A stretch of 44,053 bases of DNA from Hyphochytrium catenoides (taxonomy: Eukaryota; Protista; Hyphochytriomycota), in NCBI GenBank assembly GCA_900088475.1, contig FLMG01002065.1:1-44053 (forward strand), written 5' to 3'. Positions 1 through 13,134 of the stretch are shown piece after piece; position 1 is the stretch's first letter, and each line of letters opens with the position of its first letter. The notes under the pieces were generated by a model, which saw only the letters and a list, made by a program, of their open reading frames with translations, did not search any database and was not told where the DNA came from. The position numbers and the translations under genes are program-made.

Positions 1-8
1 CTCTTCCT

Positions 9-3000
9 TTATCTTTTGGTGGCGCACTTCCCGAGGCTTGCAAGGCCGAATGATTGAGGGGCCAATGCCGGGAAACCGAAGTCCGAGTGCCTGCTTATTC
101 TTCGCCTCCAATTCTTTTTTCAGAAGCTCCACCTGCTGGTGGCTCATTTGAACCTGCTTCTGGTCACTGACTCGTATGCCAGTCGAGGAAGAGAGGACAG
201 AGCAAGTGTCTACAAGCCACTTCAGAGAGTCTCCACACCAAACTGAAAATTCTTCAGTAAATTGGACCTCTAAAAGACTTCGTGTATCTGGACTGTCATC
301 GGCTGGATTGCGCTTCCCCTTTAAGTTAATTCCGCTTCGACTAGGAGAGGGACAAGCTTCAAGTGAGAGAAGAAGGAAAGGCATAGTGAAGTTCCAGTGA
401 AAGGAAGCCGTGAAGGAGACAATAGCAAGACTGACAGAGAGGGGAGAGAGACGCACGCAGTCTAAAAAGCAAGGTCCACTTCCTGCCAGCCGCATAATAT
501 TCTAGGGCCTACAAACACTGCAGAGCTCAACGTACCTGCAAGCGAGTTCCAGGACCTTCCGAACATCGGCCAGTAAGGACATTAGAGTGGACAAAAGAGG
601 GGATGCGTCGCTTCCTGCTCAAGTTCGTACATTGAAGAGAAAAGGTAAGAAACTACTTCAGACGAAGCCAAGATGTGGAAGGTGGGAGGCAGTCCTCGGA
701 GACCCTCAACGCTCGCCAAAGACGCATGGAGACACTTGCACATAGAGCAGAACAACAGGCCAAGGGATAGCTGAAAAAGAGATGAGAGCCCATTACAGGT
801 GTTGCACTGGGGTTATTGAAAAGAGGATGAAGCCGCCTTCTCTACCTTCATCCCTTATCACCCAGCGTTTTTCCTCCTCCTCCATCTTGTCCATGCAATC
901 CGAGACTTGAAGCAAAAGCCTCTCGGCTTCAGTGGTGGCGACCAAGTTACGATAATGTTTCTGCAATTCCTGCTTCCACTCAGCTTTCTTTGCCTCGAAT
1001 ACTTCCGGGAAAGTGACCGATGAGAAGAGCCGTAAGTAGGAAGATAACCGGATGACAACCAGGGAGATTTCTCATGATCAGAGGCAGAGATGACCATTCT
1101 AAAAGGATTTAAGTGAAGTACCTGGATTCCCTTTATTCACCTTCTTCTCTGCCTTGGCGGGGTCGTCCGACTTGACAATGTCAGGCTCGTAAAACACTGT
1201 CGAGTAAGGACCACAAACGTGCAGCGACCAGAAGTAAGATATGACCGAAGCTATAAGATTCCAGCTTAAAGGAGAAATGCTCCTCGAAGGAATGAGCGAT
1301 ATTATGGCGAAGACATGTACCGAAACACATATAATAGTCAAGGACTACGGGCGAAACGGGTAGATCTAGAAGATTAGAAGGCGGGTAAAGCCCTTTCTCA
1401 CCCGGTCCTTCTGGATATCCCAGGTCTTGATTATATTCACAGACGAGCCGCTTGGGCGGAACTCTCTGCTCCTTGTCGACCTCACGCTTAAGGATTTTCC
1501 TGAGATTCTTTTTGCAGAAGTGTGGAAGGAGAGAGAGACAACCTTAGAAAGTGTGCTTGCTTCACGGTAGCTGTCAACCTCTGCCTTGCCTCCTCTCTTT
1601 GGCTATTTCTCTACACTCTGCTTATCACACTCTCAGGTTATTTCCAAGGGCCCCGGCCTTCCTCGATGTCATCCTTTTAAGCCGACTTTCTTTCGATACT
1701 ATCCCTTTTCTGCCGCCGACAATGAAGTATCGTAACACTTTCATCGCCCCCATTTCTATCTTTCTTCCTATCTCTTACCGCGAACCAATTCCATTTCTGC
1801 TCAGCGTTCTCGTCCTTCTTCGCAAGGTCCTGCCACCGAGTGCCCAGCTCTTCAAGGTGTGCATGCAGGGCCCGACGTTCAACAAGTATTAGGCCCGAGT
1901 CTGCCAGCTCTCGGAAGCGGTCTAGAAGGAGTTAAACGGTAAGGGTGAATCGGGAAGCTTTTCTTGTATAGATCGCAGCGCCGCATGGACAGAAGTATTA
2001 AGGCTGACAAACGAGAAGGTAAACAAACATTCAGAAGAAGGATGAGACACCTGACCGTTGTCCGGTTAAGACACGAATGTTTAGAGCCCGACTTACTTGG
2101 ATGCCATTTGTCTATTACTTGCGGGTTCATCCTGAGCAGCTTCAAAACGTTTATTCGGATGTAGCGGCGAGCTATCGTAGAAGGAACATTGGCGCTGACA
2201 AGCATCTGGCAAGAAAGCGGTTGATTGTAAGGCGTAACGAGAAATGCAACCGTACGATGAAACACACAGAGGTACGATGAAGATACGATTGTTGTTAGCA
2301 ATGTGAAAATACCGTACGAACAATGACATCCTGAAAATGATGAGCGCGCGCACCTCGAAGTGGCCCAGCGCTTAAAACCAAGACAAATGGAAAAGAGAAA
2401 GGCCTTAAGAGACGTCAGGCGGCTAACCTTCTCACTCATTTGACTAACGTCCACCGGCATCATGCGTCTGACACACCGTAGCGCCTCCTGCGTAGAAGGG
2501 AAGTATGGGCAGCATAGAATGTTCGAGTGACACGCCACAGAAGTTAATCCCATGTGCCCACTTTCTTCCTTATACTATTTTGTCCTCTCCACTCCGCCAC
2601 TTTGTCACTTTTTCCATCAGCAGCAAACCGAGACCTTGCGCTCCCTACCCCTGTTTCTGCCCTGTCTTGCTATATCCAAGAGACGTCCTTCTGCTCCTTG
2701 GCCCTCCTTCCCTATTATGTTCTGTCTTTCAATCACAGCCTTTCTGCACCCTTACCTGATTCGCTGCTCGGTGCTTGTCATCCCATTCTCTTTCCTGAGC
2801 TGCTTGTTTCCTCTTATACTCCTCAGTGTTCTAAAGGTTAAAGGTGGCGATTATGATCGCAGGAGCATTCACGTCGCAGAAAGCGAGAAGGTTAGTGCAT
2901 ACACCACTGTTGAGACCCACATGCGCTCGTAAATGTATTAGATCTCTTCTGGCTAACATTCACCTGTGTTCCCGTCCTTTCTCTCTCGTTCTCTCCTCTC

Positions 3001-6000
3001 TGTTTCTCTCTTTCCCTTGCTTCTTCGTTTTTGGGGGCTTTTGAACAACGTTTTCTCTTTCTCAAGGAGTTACCTGGAGCATTATCGTGTACTTCTCCAT
3101 CTCCTTCTCTAGAGCGAAGTACTCGTCTCGTAGCTGCTTTTGCACCACCGGATCAGAATGACAGACATCCGAAGAGCCAATTTCAGTCATTCGTTTGGCA
3201 ATCTGATTGTTGTGATGGAAGGGCGATGCAAAGGGGGACCGGCGGTGAGTGATCTACTTTCCGCCAAAGAAGTGAAGGTTATTAAAGGGAAGGAAGATAG
3301 GAAAGGCAGACGAGGGGGATGCAGGTAGGAATGGGAACATCGAGTCTTACTCTCTCTACGTTTGCCATGGCGGTCTCGTAGGAAACCTCTTCCGCGAGCT
3401 CTATTCCCTGAGAGTCTAGTTGCGCCTCCAGCTGACGAATCCGCTCCAGCAATCGAGCCATTTGATCTCCTGATCGGCTCTCCCTGATATCTCCTCTGTA
3501 CGTAAAGAGTAAGGTCGGAAAGGGACATGTAGCGCAAAGTGTTAGGCTAGTAGAGTTGAAGAGAGAGAGAATGGAGGGAAGACATTGCGGAGTGACAGAG
3601 CGAGGCAAAGACTGGCCAAAAGGAAGCATCTAACGACCTGCTAGCCTCGTAAGGAGACTTGATCGTCTTCTTGAGGTTCTCTTTCTCCTTCTGCCACTGC
3701 TGTTCCAAGGCCCGCAGTCTATCTTCCATGGCTCTGTGGCCCTCAATAAAGGCGTTCACAGTCAGCTCCGGAACGCCGTCAGACATCATGCGCGACCGAA
3801 CCATATCAAGTGAGTCCTACTCCAGGATTAGCACAAACTCACCGAGGCTAGACAGAAGAAGAGATCGAAGTCTGCTCGCAGAGCGAATCAATCATAGAGA
3901 GAGAGGCAACAGGAAAAGAACTTGATGCTGGTACGAAGAAGAGCAAACAGAGGTAGTTTGAAGATGAGGCGGTCAAGGCTTCAACTAATAACTGAATTGT
4001 CTAGCTGGAAAGGAGCTGAGGGAGAGAACCCACGATTCGTGGTCGATTCATTCTGACAGTGGTAAATGCCATCAATAAAGGCTGAGGTGAATGTAGCAGA
4101 GAGCAGAGCTCAATTATTAGGAGTGAGAAAGAAGATCGCCTTCAAGAGGGGAAGCGAGAGAAGCTCCTGTGGGTACCTGCTTTGCTATCATAACTTTGTA
4201 TTGGTCCAGAGCAATGTCTGAAGACGTCTGGACCTCTAAGTTTGCCTGTTGCAGGGTCTGGACCGCTTGCCTGGCCGCCTCTGCCTCCTGCTTAGCTGCT
4301 TCAATCTCCATTCGAGCCCGTTCCAGCTCCTCTCCAGCCTGAACGAAGCATCAGTTAGCCATACCCACTTTATTGTCCGTGATTTTCATTCCGTCCTTCG
4401 CCTTTCTTCCTCTTCCTATTTCTTCGCCGGTCATCGAATGGACTCGTGGCAACCCTCTACTTGCATCTCACCTTCGTCCGGGCTTCCTCAATTAATCTTT
4501 TTGCCTCCTCCTGAAGTTGCCTGGCCCTCTCCTGAGCTTCTTCTAATGCTTGCTGTGCCTGCCGTTGGATCTCCAGCGCTAATCGAAAGAGATGTCAGCT
4601 ATAAACTCGATATAAGCCTAACCCTAACTTATTCTGTTCAAAAAGAAGGTTACGCTAGCGAAGGTAGGCTATCAAAGAGATTAGAGAAAACGGGTAGATC
4701 CCATACAAAATCAAGAGTCGAGATCCATTGGAGGCCGTCAACGCCTCACCTCTTTGCCTTCTCTCAGCCACAAAGTTCGTATATCTCTCTTTTGGCACTT
4801 GTTTCAAAATCAGAGACTGCTGCAACTCTTGTCGAGGGTTATGGTACTCGATTGCTACGGTGAGCTGCGTCACCAAGGGAACAGGGGCGGGCGGGGTAGA
4901 GCAAAGGAGAGAGTTTTAGATTCCGCTATTTCAATAATCCGAGCGGTAAAAGGTGGTACAGAGAGATGGCGGTAGAGCTTTCCAAAGGCTAAAGGACAAG
5001 GAATGTAGAGTACGAGGAGACAAAGTAGGTGGGATGTTCAAGAACAATGTTTGGAGAGACTGGAGACTGGCATCGTAGGAGGAGGGAAAAGGACACATAC
5101 CACCGGCTTTCCTTTGGTTTTATAAGGGAGAGCGATGGGGTACCCACGCACAACCTTTTGCATGTTGGGTAGAAGATCCAGGGAAAGAGTAAGAGAAGAT
5201 AGAAAGTGATCTGGTAGAAGCCAGCATTGAGACCGAAGACGGAGTAGAAGCACTCCTCCTCCGTCGGGAGATGGAGACCGCAAAGTAAAATCATTCTCCG
5301 TGGTCCAGACAGGATTCCGTTGATTCTTAGCAACCTTTAGCAGTCCATGATAGGTTTGATAGCACATGTAGACAGTAAAGGGTAAGCAAAGACCGATGAT
5401 GCTGTTGCGACGCAAAATATAGAGCAGCTGCTAATGTGGTATCTGAACACTCAAATCTAACGCTGGGAGCTACCAAAATATCGTATGCGAGAAGACATAG
5501 GAACAGAGAGGACCGCTAGATGGGCTTTGGGTTCGAAGTGAGCAGCATTGCTAGGTTACGCAGAACTTGTGCCTGAACAGAGTAAAAGGGACGGACTGTA
5601 GAAACGATGGACTAGAGGAAGTGCGAAACGTACGGATGTTCTATGGCAGATGTCAGGTCTATCTGCCAACATGAGCTCGCAGTAGGGACTTAGTGGGCGG
5701 AGAAAGAGTGGGGAGGAAGCTCCAGGAAGAGGCTCCAGGTTAACAGCAGAGATGACAGTCACTCGTACAGTCGGATGAGGAAATGAGCTTGGTCCGATGT
5801 CCTTCCGCATGCCCTCCATAGCCTCACCTATGTGAGGACTCAAGTGAGCAATGGAGACGGCGGATCTTACAAGAAGAAACACATGGAGAAATAGATACTG
5901 ATTAGGAGAGTGAGTAACAGTCAGATAGGAAGGGGAAGCAGCAGGTTGCAGACAAACTCGAGCTGACAGAGCGTACAAAGAATAGACGATTAGAGGTATA

Positions 6001-8769
6001 TTGTAAGCAACGGAAGATTGAACAGAGGAATCCGAAAAGGTGTCAAAAGTGTGAGCCGTGACACTGATTTACCTTTCTCTCCTGTAAAGAATGCAGATGT
6101 CCAACGAGGAGACAGAATCTTGCCCCAGCCATCGGACTCTTTGGGCTTGACACCCTGACTCGCCATCAAAATCTGAAGAACATGTCAGCCGATACTTTCT
6201 CTGTCTCTATATTTCAACTCTAAATCATAGATGGAAAGAGGAAGTGGGCTGAACTCACCGTAGACGCCTCGATTGCGTACTCAAGAGCCTCCAACCACGC
6301 TCTTTGATCTTCTCTGCTCTCAGCAGCCATCAAGAGAATTCTTTCCTTGCCTTCTCCACGAAGTAGTCTTTCCCTCCCTTCTACATTTGGTGCTTGTCTC
6401 TCCCCTTCTTCGTCCTTGACACTGAGCTCAAGTAGAAAGTTGGCCTCGAGGAAAGGGCGTCTGCTAACTACCAAGGGACAGGGTGGGGCGGCGCGAACGT
6501 AGCACGTAGAGCCCATCAATGAAATCTTTACAAGAGAAAACGAACGAGTGAGAAAGACCAAGCTGTTTACAGCCCAAGGGTACAGAGACTATTGAGAAGA
6601 TGACGATCAATTAAGCTGCCAGAGCAGGTGTAAGTGTGCCAAGGTTTGCAGCATGAGCAGAATTGGCAAGTAAGAGAAAGATGGTGCTGGCCCCCAATGC
6701 ATACCTTTCCCTTCCTCTCTTTCAAGTCTGCATCGACAAAATACTCAATGCAAGCCGGTCGAACCACGAAGTAACGGCACTTCCAGTTCTAGGGCAATGG
6801 ACCCAGAGAGAGATGAGAGCCACAGAAAGGGTGTTAGCCAGAGATAGCACAGCTTCGGGTAGGAAAAGCCCAAAGTCTGCGATACTAACAAAGTACGAGA
6901 GACAATAGATAGTGAGCCGGGGCACTACAGCGCGGAAAAGAAGATCCCGACTGATAGCCCCAGGAAAGTCAGTAGTGGAAAGGGTAGAGATCCTAGTCCT
7001 TGAGCATTTGTCTCATTAATATCCCTTACTTTTATTCTCTGTCCCTGCTTGTAGAGAAACCCTGACTTCAACTTCAGCATTGGATCCACGGCGGTCAGCG
7101 TCATGCGCGGCTGGTCTTCAGCTTGAGCTATGCGGCGAGAGTAAGCCAAGTGAGTCACGTGTAGCTGAGAGGAGCCAAGACGGTGCAATCAACTCATACT
7201 TACCCGAAAACAGCTCTCCTTCTACTTTTGCCAGCTCTGAGTCCAGAAGCTCCGGTGTGATGAAGTCAATGGTCGTTGTACCCCTTCGACTCCTGCCCCC
7301 ATTCGTTGAGAGTGGATAAATGCAATTAAGCCCATGGCCCTTTGTCGACACAAGGCAAGAGGCGCACATACCTCAATATATGGAGGACTCGTTTGAAGTC
7401 GTGACCTAGCACATCCACCCCATTGATACGGAGAATAACGTCGCCAATCATAATCTTTCCACTTCAAGGTACATAAAATACGGGAGACTGGTGTCAGAAC
7501 AGCGAAAGGCAGTCGGGAAATGGGGGAAGGGTTGACGATAGGAGACAGGGCAGGCCACAGAACACGACGAGGCAGGAGATGCACAAAGGGCTGATACAGG
7601 GTGTTATTGTAATACCTCTCTTTGGCCTGTCCCTGGACCGCGGAGACAACCGCAGTGTGATGGCCATTGTATACCTCTCCCGACAGACCGAGGCCCAGAG
7701 ATCGATCTGCCATAGGTGCAAAGAGAGACCGAACAAACTGAGGATGACAAGAGGTAAAAAGGAATCCGGTTGCCTGAGGGGGTGATAATGACCCAGCGAG
7801 ATGTAGAGAACATGAAGGTGGTCTGAGAGCGGCCCGCGAAAGGTATAGAGAGTCGGAGCCGCCCATGACCGTCATGCCGTTCCTCTTCCTGATACTCTAT
7901 TTTCTTATACTGACCTTCTCTAAAGACCACAGTGTACCTCTCACCACAGGATCCCGCAGTAAGTGGCGACAGGATGCCAGGAGATCGCCCATCGGACTCT
8001 ACGCTTAACGTCCTCCCAGATTGCATTGACCCCTGACATTGCCAAGCATGTTACGCCGGAAAGAGAGGACAGAGAAGAAATAGGTCAAGACCATGGACTA
8101 CAGGGATTGCATTGGACGGCTTACGAGGAGGTTTACCTCTGGTGGCGGAAGGAGTCTCTTTAGCTTCGAGCCTGGCTTTTCTGACTTCTCAATCTTATGC
8201 TTATCCACTTCGGCGATCACCTCCTCTGGCTTGGTTGCCAGCTTCTCTAGTTTTTGAATGGCATCGGAGATCAAGTCTTCGGCGCTTTTGGCGGAGGATG
8301 AGCTCTGCCTCCTCTCCTTTGCGTCATGATTGCTAGGGACTAAGAAACATGAAGAGAGAGGTAGCCGAGAGAGAGAGATAGCACGCTCTCTCTGTCTGCG
8401 GAAAGAGACGTCCAAGGGCCTCGGAGCAGTACTAATGAGGTGAGAGACTGTGGTCACTTTCTGTCCATCGAGACACAGGGAACCAACACGAACAAGAACA
8501 TCTCCCTTCTCCACATGAGAGATAAGCTCTGGATTCAGAACACTGAGAACTACAAGGCCGCCGTCAATGATGCTCTCGGTGCGAGGACAATCTAGCTGAA
8601 GACCAATCTTTTCTGAGAAGATCTTAATGGAAAACTCTGCGTAACCCTGCTCCGCCTGTTCTCCTCTCTCTTTCTTCCTCGCATCGTCCTCCTCCTTGTG
8701 AACGACAGGAACGGAAGCTGATGGGCTTTCGACATAGAGAACGTGTAGGTCATTATTCCGCACCATCAC
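9..8769 (-). CDS. Large multi-exon protein: PDZ-PDZ-PH-C2-coiled coil plus an unassigned C-terminal domain (both ends uncertain; may run off the left edge)
   Basis: Exons join through GT-AG introns, mostly with phases checked by hand. PDZ1 (~8640-8395): FSIKIFSEKIGLQL...VEKGDVLVRVG...APRPLDVSFRR. PDZ2 (~7945-7260): YTVVFRE/DRSLGLGL...GKIMIGDVILRINGVDV. PH (~7080-6270): KSGFLYKQGQRIK/NWKCRYFVV...AESREDQRAWLEALEYAI. C2 (~5775-4840): VRVTVISAVNL...SPYCELML...KNQRNPVW. Heptad-rich exons at 4600-3400. Then IAKRMTEIGSSDV...LRDEYFALEKEMEKY...MPVDV...NVLKLLRMNP...HP...GLILVERRALHAHL...KWNWF...LQKHY...RSGINLKGK. The last open frame ends at TAA 9-11 unless spliced. Confidence 0.75.
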
Positions 8770-9473
8770 ATGTGCCCCGGAGAGTAGTCTCGGAGAAGTA
8801 GAGATCGGTCCGGACGTCTCTCTTTCTGGATCTTCTTGGAATAGCCTCTCCTCCCTGTCGACGTGGGAGACAGGTCCACCGCTTCCAAAGGGGCCGCGGG
8901 ATGCCGCTGACTGTTATTCTGGAACTTCAGTCTACGCCTTACCTCTGACAGGCCCTGCTTTCTATCTGATTCTCCTGTCCGAGGGGCAATGGCCACCTCT
9001 CTAGGCCTGCTTCCTCCTCAAAACTTTCCACGGCGCTGGAACCATTCGCAGGGAACGCTTGGAAAGGCGGTGAGGAGGTGAACGGAGCACTTGAAGGCAA
9101 GAGCCAGCATTAGGAAGAGGCGCCAAAGAGACAAGAGAGCACTGGGAGGAGCCGGGCCTCACAAGTAGCAAGAAGAGGAAGAAGAGCACTAAAGGATGAG
9201 AGGATGAGAAGCCGAGATCTTTGCTCTGCGGCTGCTTCTTGAGGCGGCACAACACGAGACAGAGGAGCGAGAGGGAGAGCGGGACATCGTGGGAAAGCCC
9301 TGACGCGACGAGGGCGGGATCCACTTAAATGAGCCTACCCACTCCTGCAGTTACTTTGTATAGGTTATTACTTCAAGGAGTTCCAGCCCACCCATCTTGG
9401 GGCTGGAAACGGATGATCTGATGGATCGCTGTAACGGACATCAAGCCTCTCATACAATTTCTTGACTCCTCCT

Positions 9474-9513
<40 letters not shown>

Positions 9514-9537
9514 TTTCTCTCTCTCTCTCTTTTTTTT
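9474..9537. repeat. (CT)n/(GA)n microsatellite with interruptions, followed by a T run
   Basis: Directly visible: tctctctctctctctctctttctctct... Confidence 0.95.
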
Positions 9538-10215
9538 CCTTCTCTTCTCTTCTATTGACAGCATGATCTGATGCTGTTCCATGCGTCTTCTCACTCATCT
9601 TGTCCTCTACCTTACAAAGAAGGAGGATTCTCAATTTCTGCAGTGTCTATCCTCCCCATCTACCCAGTCTGGTTTCTGAGGCCCGTCGCATATTTGACAG
9701 TCCCCTTTTATCATGCTTTGGCGCCTGCCTCTTGCTCCGGCTGGCTCTCTGTCCATTCTCTCGCGCTCATTATCGGCGTCATCAGGAGGAGTAGATTTTT
9801 CTTATGATTCTCGTCCATGCGCTTCTTTCCACTTTTACTAGGACGAGGGACGGATGGCACCGGCTAACCTCTGGCTTTCTGGTGTCTGACCCGGTCCGCT
9901 CTCAGTGTAACTCTTGCCCTTTCTATGCTCGTCTTCCTTTTGATGAGAAGAACTAAGGTTAGACGTCGCCTATCACTGTCTCTTCTAGGAATGAACCAAA
10001 AGTTTGCCTTATGACAAAGGAGTAAATAAAGCCTGTGGGTTACGAAGGGATGTAGAGTCTGTGAAGCTCATTTTCTAAAAGTGTTGCACAGCTTTCATCA
10101 GCCAATCGTGTGGGGCGCCATGTATTCATATAAAAGAGTTTGCTTAGATGCTTTGCTAATTTAGGATTAACGCCCAGCGTAGGCCATTGACTATTTATTT
10201 GGACGAGTTAAGTCG

Positions 10216-12164
10216 TCAAGCGGTCTTGGGGCTCCCGCCATAGTGGTGAGCATCAGTAGGAATGATGTTGTTGCTATCTAGCAGCGGAGTGCCAATGTTT
10301 AGATTCTGGCTACCATCAGGAGTGATGTTAACTGGTACAGAGCCATCTGCTTGGACTTGGATGGCATCGGGAAGCGACTTCAGCTGTCATTTGTAGTAAC
10401 AGAGAAGAGGGTCAGATAGATAATGAAAGACGCACGCGAGCGAAGATTGGAACAGGAACCAACTTGGCACACCGAAGCCAAGAGACTAGGGCAAGTGAGT
10501 ATCGTCAATCCCGGCTTACCCTTCTTGTGGCAAAAACTGGATTACTAGCATGCTCGCCCAGGGCCGTCTCTAAATGCCTCTGAGGGATGTTATAGCTGCT
10601 GAAGTCGTCAGGGTCAGGCCAGTATGCCTCAAGAAGGAACCAAATCATCCCATTGACATAAAAAGCCGTAACCAGGTCGTTGGTATAGTGGTGCCGCGCG
10701 GCAATGTCGAGGATTGTGAAGGCCAAGAGATGTAGCATGGTGTAGACCTACTCAACAACAACATTAGTAGCTAGTCAGAGCTAGAAGGGTAAGATGATCA
10801 CCAGGCAAGGGTCTTGTCTAGATAGAGTTTCGGAGACCTCGACTGCAGTTATTCAGGGGCTGAGAAACGGAGAGTCATAATAAAATTGCCCGCTGTACTC
10901 AAAGAAGTACCAGAGTAAGAACTCCTTCTTACTTTGATGAAGGGACCAGCCTTGGTAGTGCCGAGGTACTTCCATAGAGCCATGGTGATGGTCAGCTGAT
11001 AGGTTGTGTGCTGACTAAAAACGAGATCACCACAACCTAAGAAGATATACAATAGGAAAAGGGCAGAGTCAACTAACCCGGTGAGGGCAGCGATTTGACG
11101 ACAAACCACCGAGCCCCTTGTAACCCTTACTCTTCAGAACACATACCTGCAGTCACGCTGAACTGAACTAGAAGCTTCCCAAAGCTCTTCGGCGGATCAT
11201 AGACTGGAGGGATAGGGTGAAACCACCATAGTATAAGAAGGAAGCTAAAAAGCGGCGAGTTCACCAATACTGCAAAGGCCACAAGCATGCACTACAGACT
11301 AAAAGACAGACGTGGCACCAGAAAAGACAGGGACCGGTCGAAAAGCCAAGACCGAAGGGAGTAGCAAACCGGCCTTACGAGGGTTGGGGATCATACAGCT
11401 ACCGCGGCCGATGCCATTGCACCCTGGCGTCTGGGTAAGACAGCTTTTGTCGTACTCTGGTCGACAAACAGGAGTCGCACCCGGCAGTAAGGTGCTCAAA
11501 AACGACATTGCCCTCAAAATCTGTGGAAAATATAGAGAGAACGGGTTCAGGAGAGGTGGAATATTCAGAGGCGGTGTGAGCCGTAGGGGACAGGTACAGC
11601 GCCATCAGAGTTCACCTACAAATGCAATGGCAAGCGAGACCAGAATCCTGCGTCCCATCAACACGATATACACGCGCTTCGGCCGTCGACCGAATACTTC
11701 ATTCGTACGAAAGTATTTCGGGTCCAAGACCAGAATACTTATAAAGGCAAGCACTGCCATCGGCGGGGGAAGACAGTGCGGTCAGGAATAAGGTCGCACC
11801 GTAAGATGGGAAAGAGGTGGGGACAGGAGCAAATGTGAGACCACGAGACTAATGAGACGTCTCGGAAACAAAGTGATTGGCCTTGCAGGTAGGCGCTAAC
11901 TTACGTACCTAGTATGGCAAACATCGTGTACGTCAAATAATCTGGCACCTTGGCCCACGTGCCGGTGACCTCTGGTAGAAGCTCGAAACCTAAGTCTCTG
12001 AGAGCGGGCCCCTGGCGATGCAGGTAGTAGGCCAGGTTGTGCGAGACAAGGGAAATGTATTCGTAGATTGCTCCCACCAAGACCCAAACCCATTCTCCCT
12101 TCAGAAGGTAAAGCTCCACCTTGAGAGCAGCCTTGATCTGCTGCCATGACCTGAAGCTCAGCAT
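10216..12164 (-). CDS. IPCS: Inositol phosphorylceramide synthase (plant ERH1/IPCS-like; sphingomyelin synthase family), multi-exon
   Basis: N-terminus ELYLLKGEW...YYLHRQGPALRDLGFELLPE parallels plant IPCS (YIHRPGPTLQDLGF). Family motifs STLLPG, GCGDLVFSQH and IAARHHYTNDL are present. The last exon LKSLPDAIQ...SPKTA* joins after ATRR|gtaagc, with the stop at 10216-10218. Confidence 0.9.
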
Positions 12165-13134
12165 GGCTCCCTAATCTTTTCACCTCTCAATCCTCAGCAG
12201 CTCTTTAGCAAAGCGAGGCCCAGTTCTTTAGCTTCTTGGTAGACTGCTGCTCTCGCTTGAGCTTTAACGCGATGGAAGGAGAGGAAAACCAATGAAGACT
12301 CTACTTTTGTTTGACCTCCTTGGCTATGACTGTTATGTCAAGAAGGCTTGAGCCTTTCGGCTTGTGCTCAGGCACATGTCCATCTTCTTTCGCCCGTCTC
12401 AGCACTCTGCCCCACAGCAGTGGGGAGGACTGAGTACAAGCAGTGCCTATAGAACCATGAGGAAAGCGCGAGACCCAGAACGGACAACAGGTGATCATCA
12501 GGTGCTTTCTATCCTGCTCTGTCTATCTTGGCTGCATATCTCTTTCACAACCCATGGAGGGTTGATCACGGCCTCTGTGTCGACAGCGCTCTCTCTCTTC
12601 ATCTCTCTGTCTCGTCTTACCTCTCTTCGCTCCAGCCACAATCGTCAGTTAGTAAATTGTGAGACTATTCTTGATATGTAACCCTAAAATGATAACTTAT
12701 TCAGGCTAGAAAGGGAGGAATCACGGATGTAAAGGGCCCATGATGATAAGAACCTTTGACAACGAAAATATTGGTCCCTTCCTTTGACGAGAGGATGAGG
12801 TCGTTACCGGCTATCTTGCTCTTGCTCTCATCAAGAACCAAGGCCACGGTCTGTCCAAGATTTGTCCGCTTTCCTCTATGTCGAAAGGCGCATCTGCTGG
12901 CGAGGCCGATGGAAAGTGTCTCTGTCCAGATCATAGGAGACTCGAGCATCAGATTGGGACGCGGTGAAGCGGACTGAGCTCTGAATTGAAGACCTCATTG
13001 CAAAGTAGAACCATCGCTCTGAAAGCTCTCATCAGGAGGGGAGGGGTAGCTTCTTTATTGTGCACAGATAGCTGAATGTGCTGAGATCGGCATCAACGGA
13101 GTAGCGTGGTTGCAGGTTACGTATCCCAAGAACC

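Noticed and set aside
1551-4863. Leu/Ser/Phe-rich plus-strand ORFs (113-204 aa)
   Set aside because: They are antisense to coiled-coil exons and purine-rich introns of the minus-strand gene, and their composition is explained by CT-rich DNA.
9368-9634. ORFs with ERERERK runs
   Set aside because: They are translations of the (GA)n microsatellite, with no other coding evidence.
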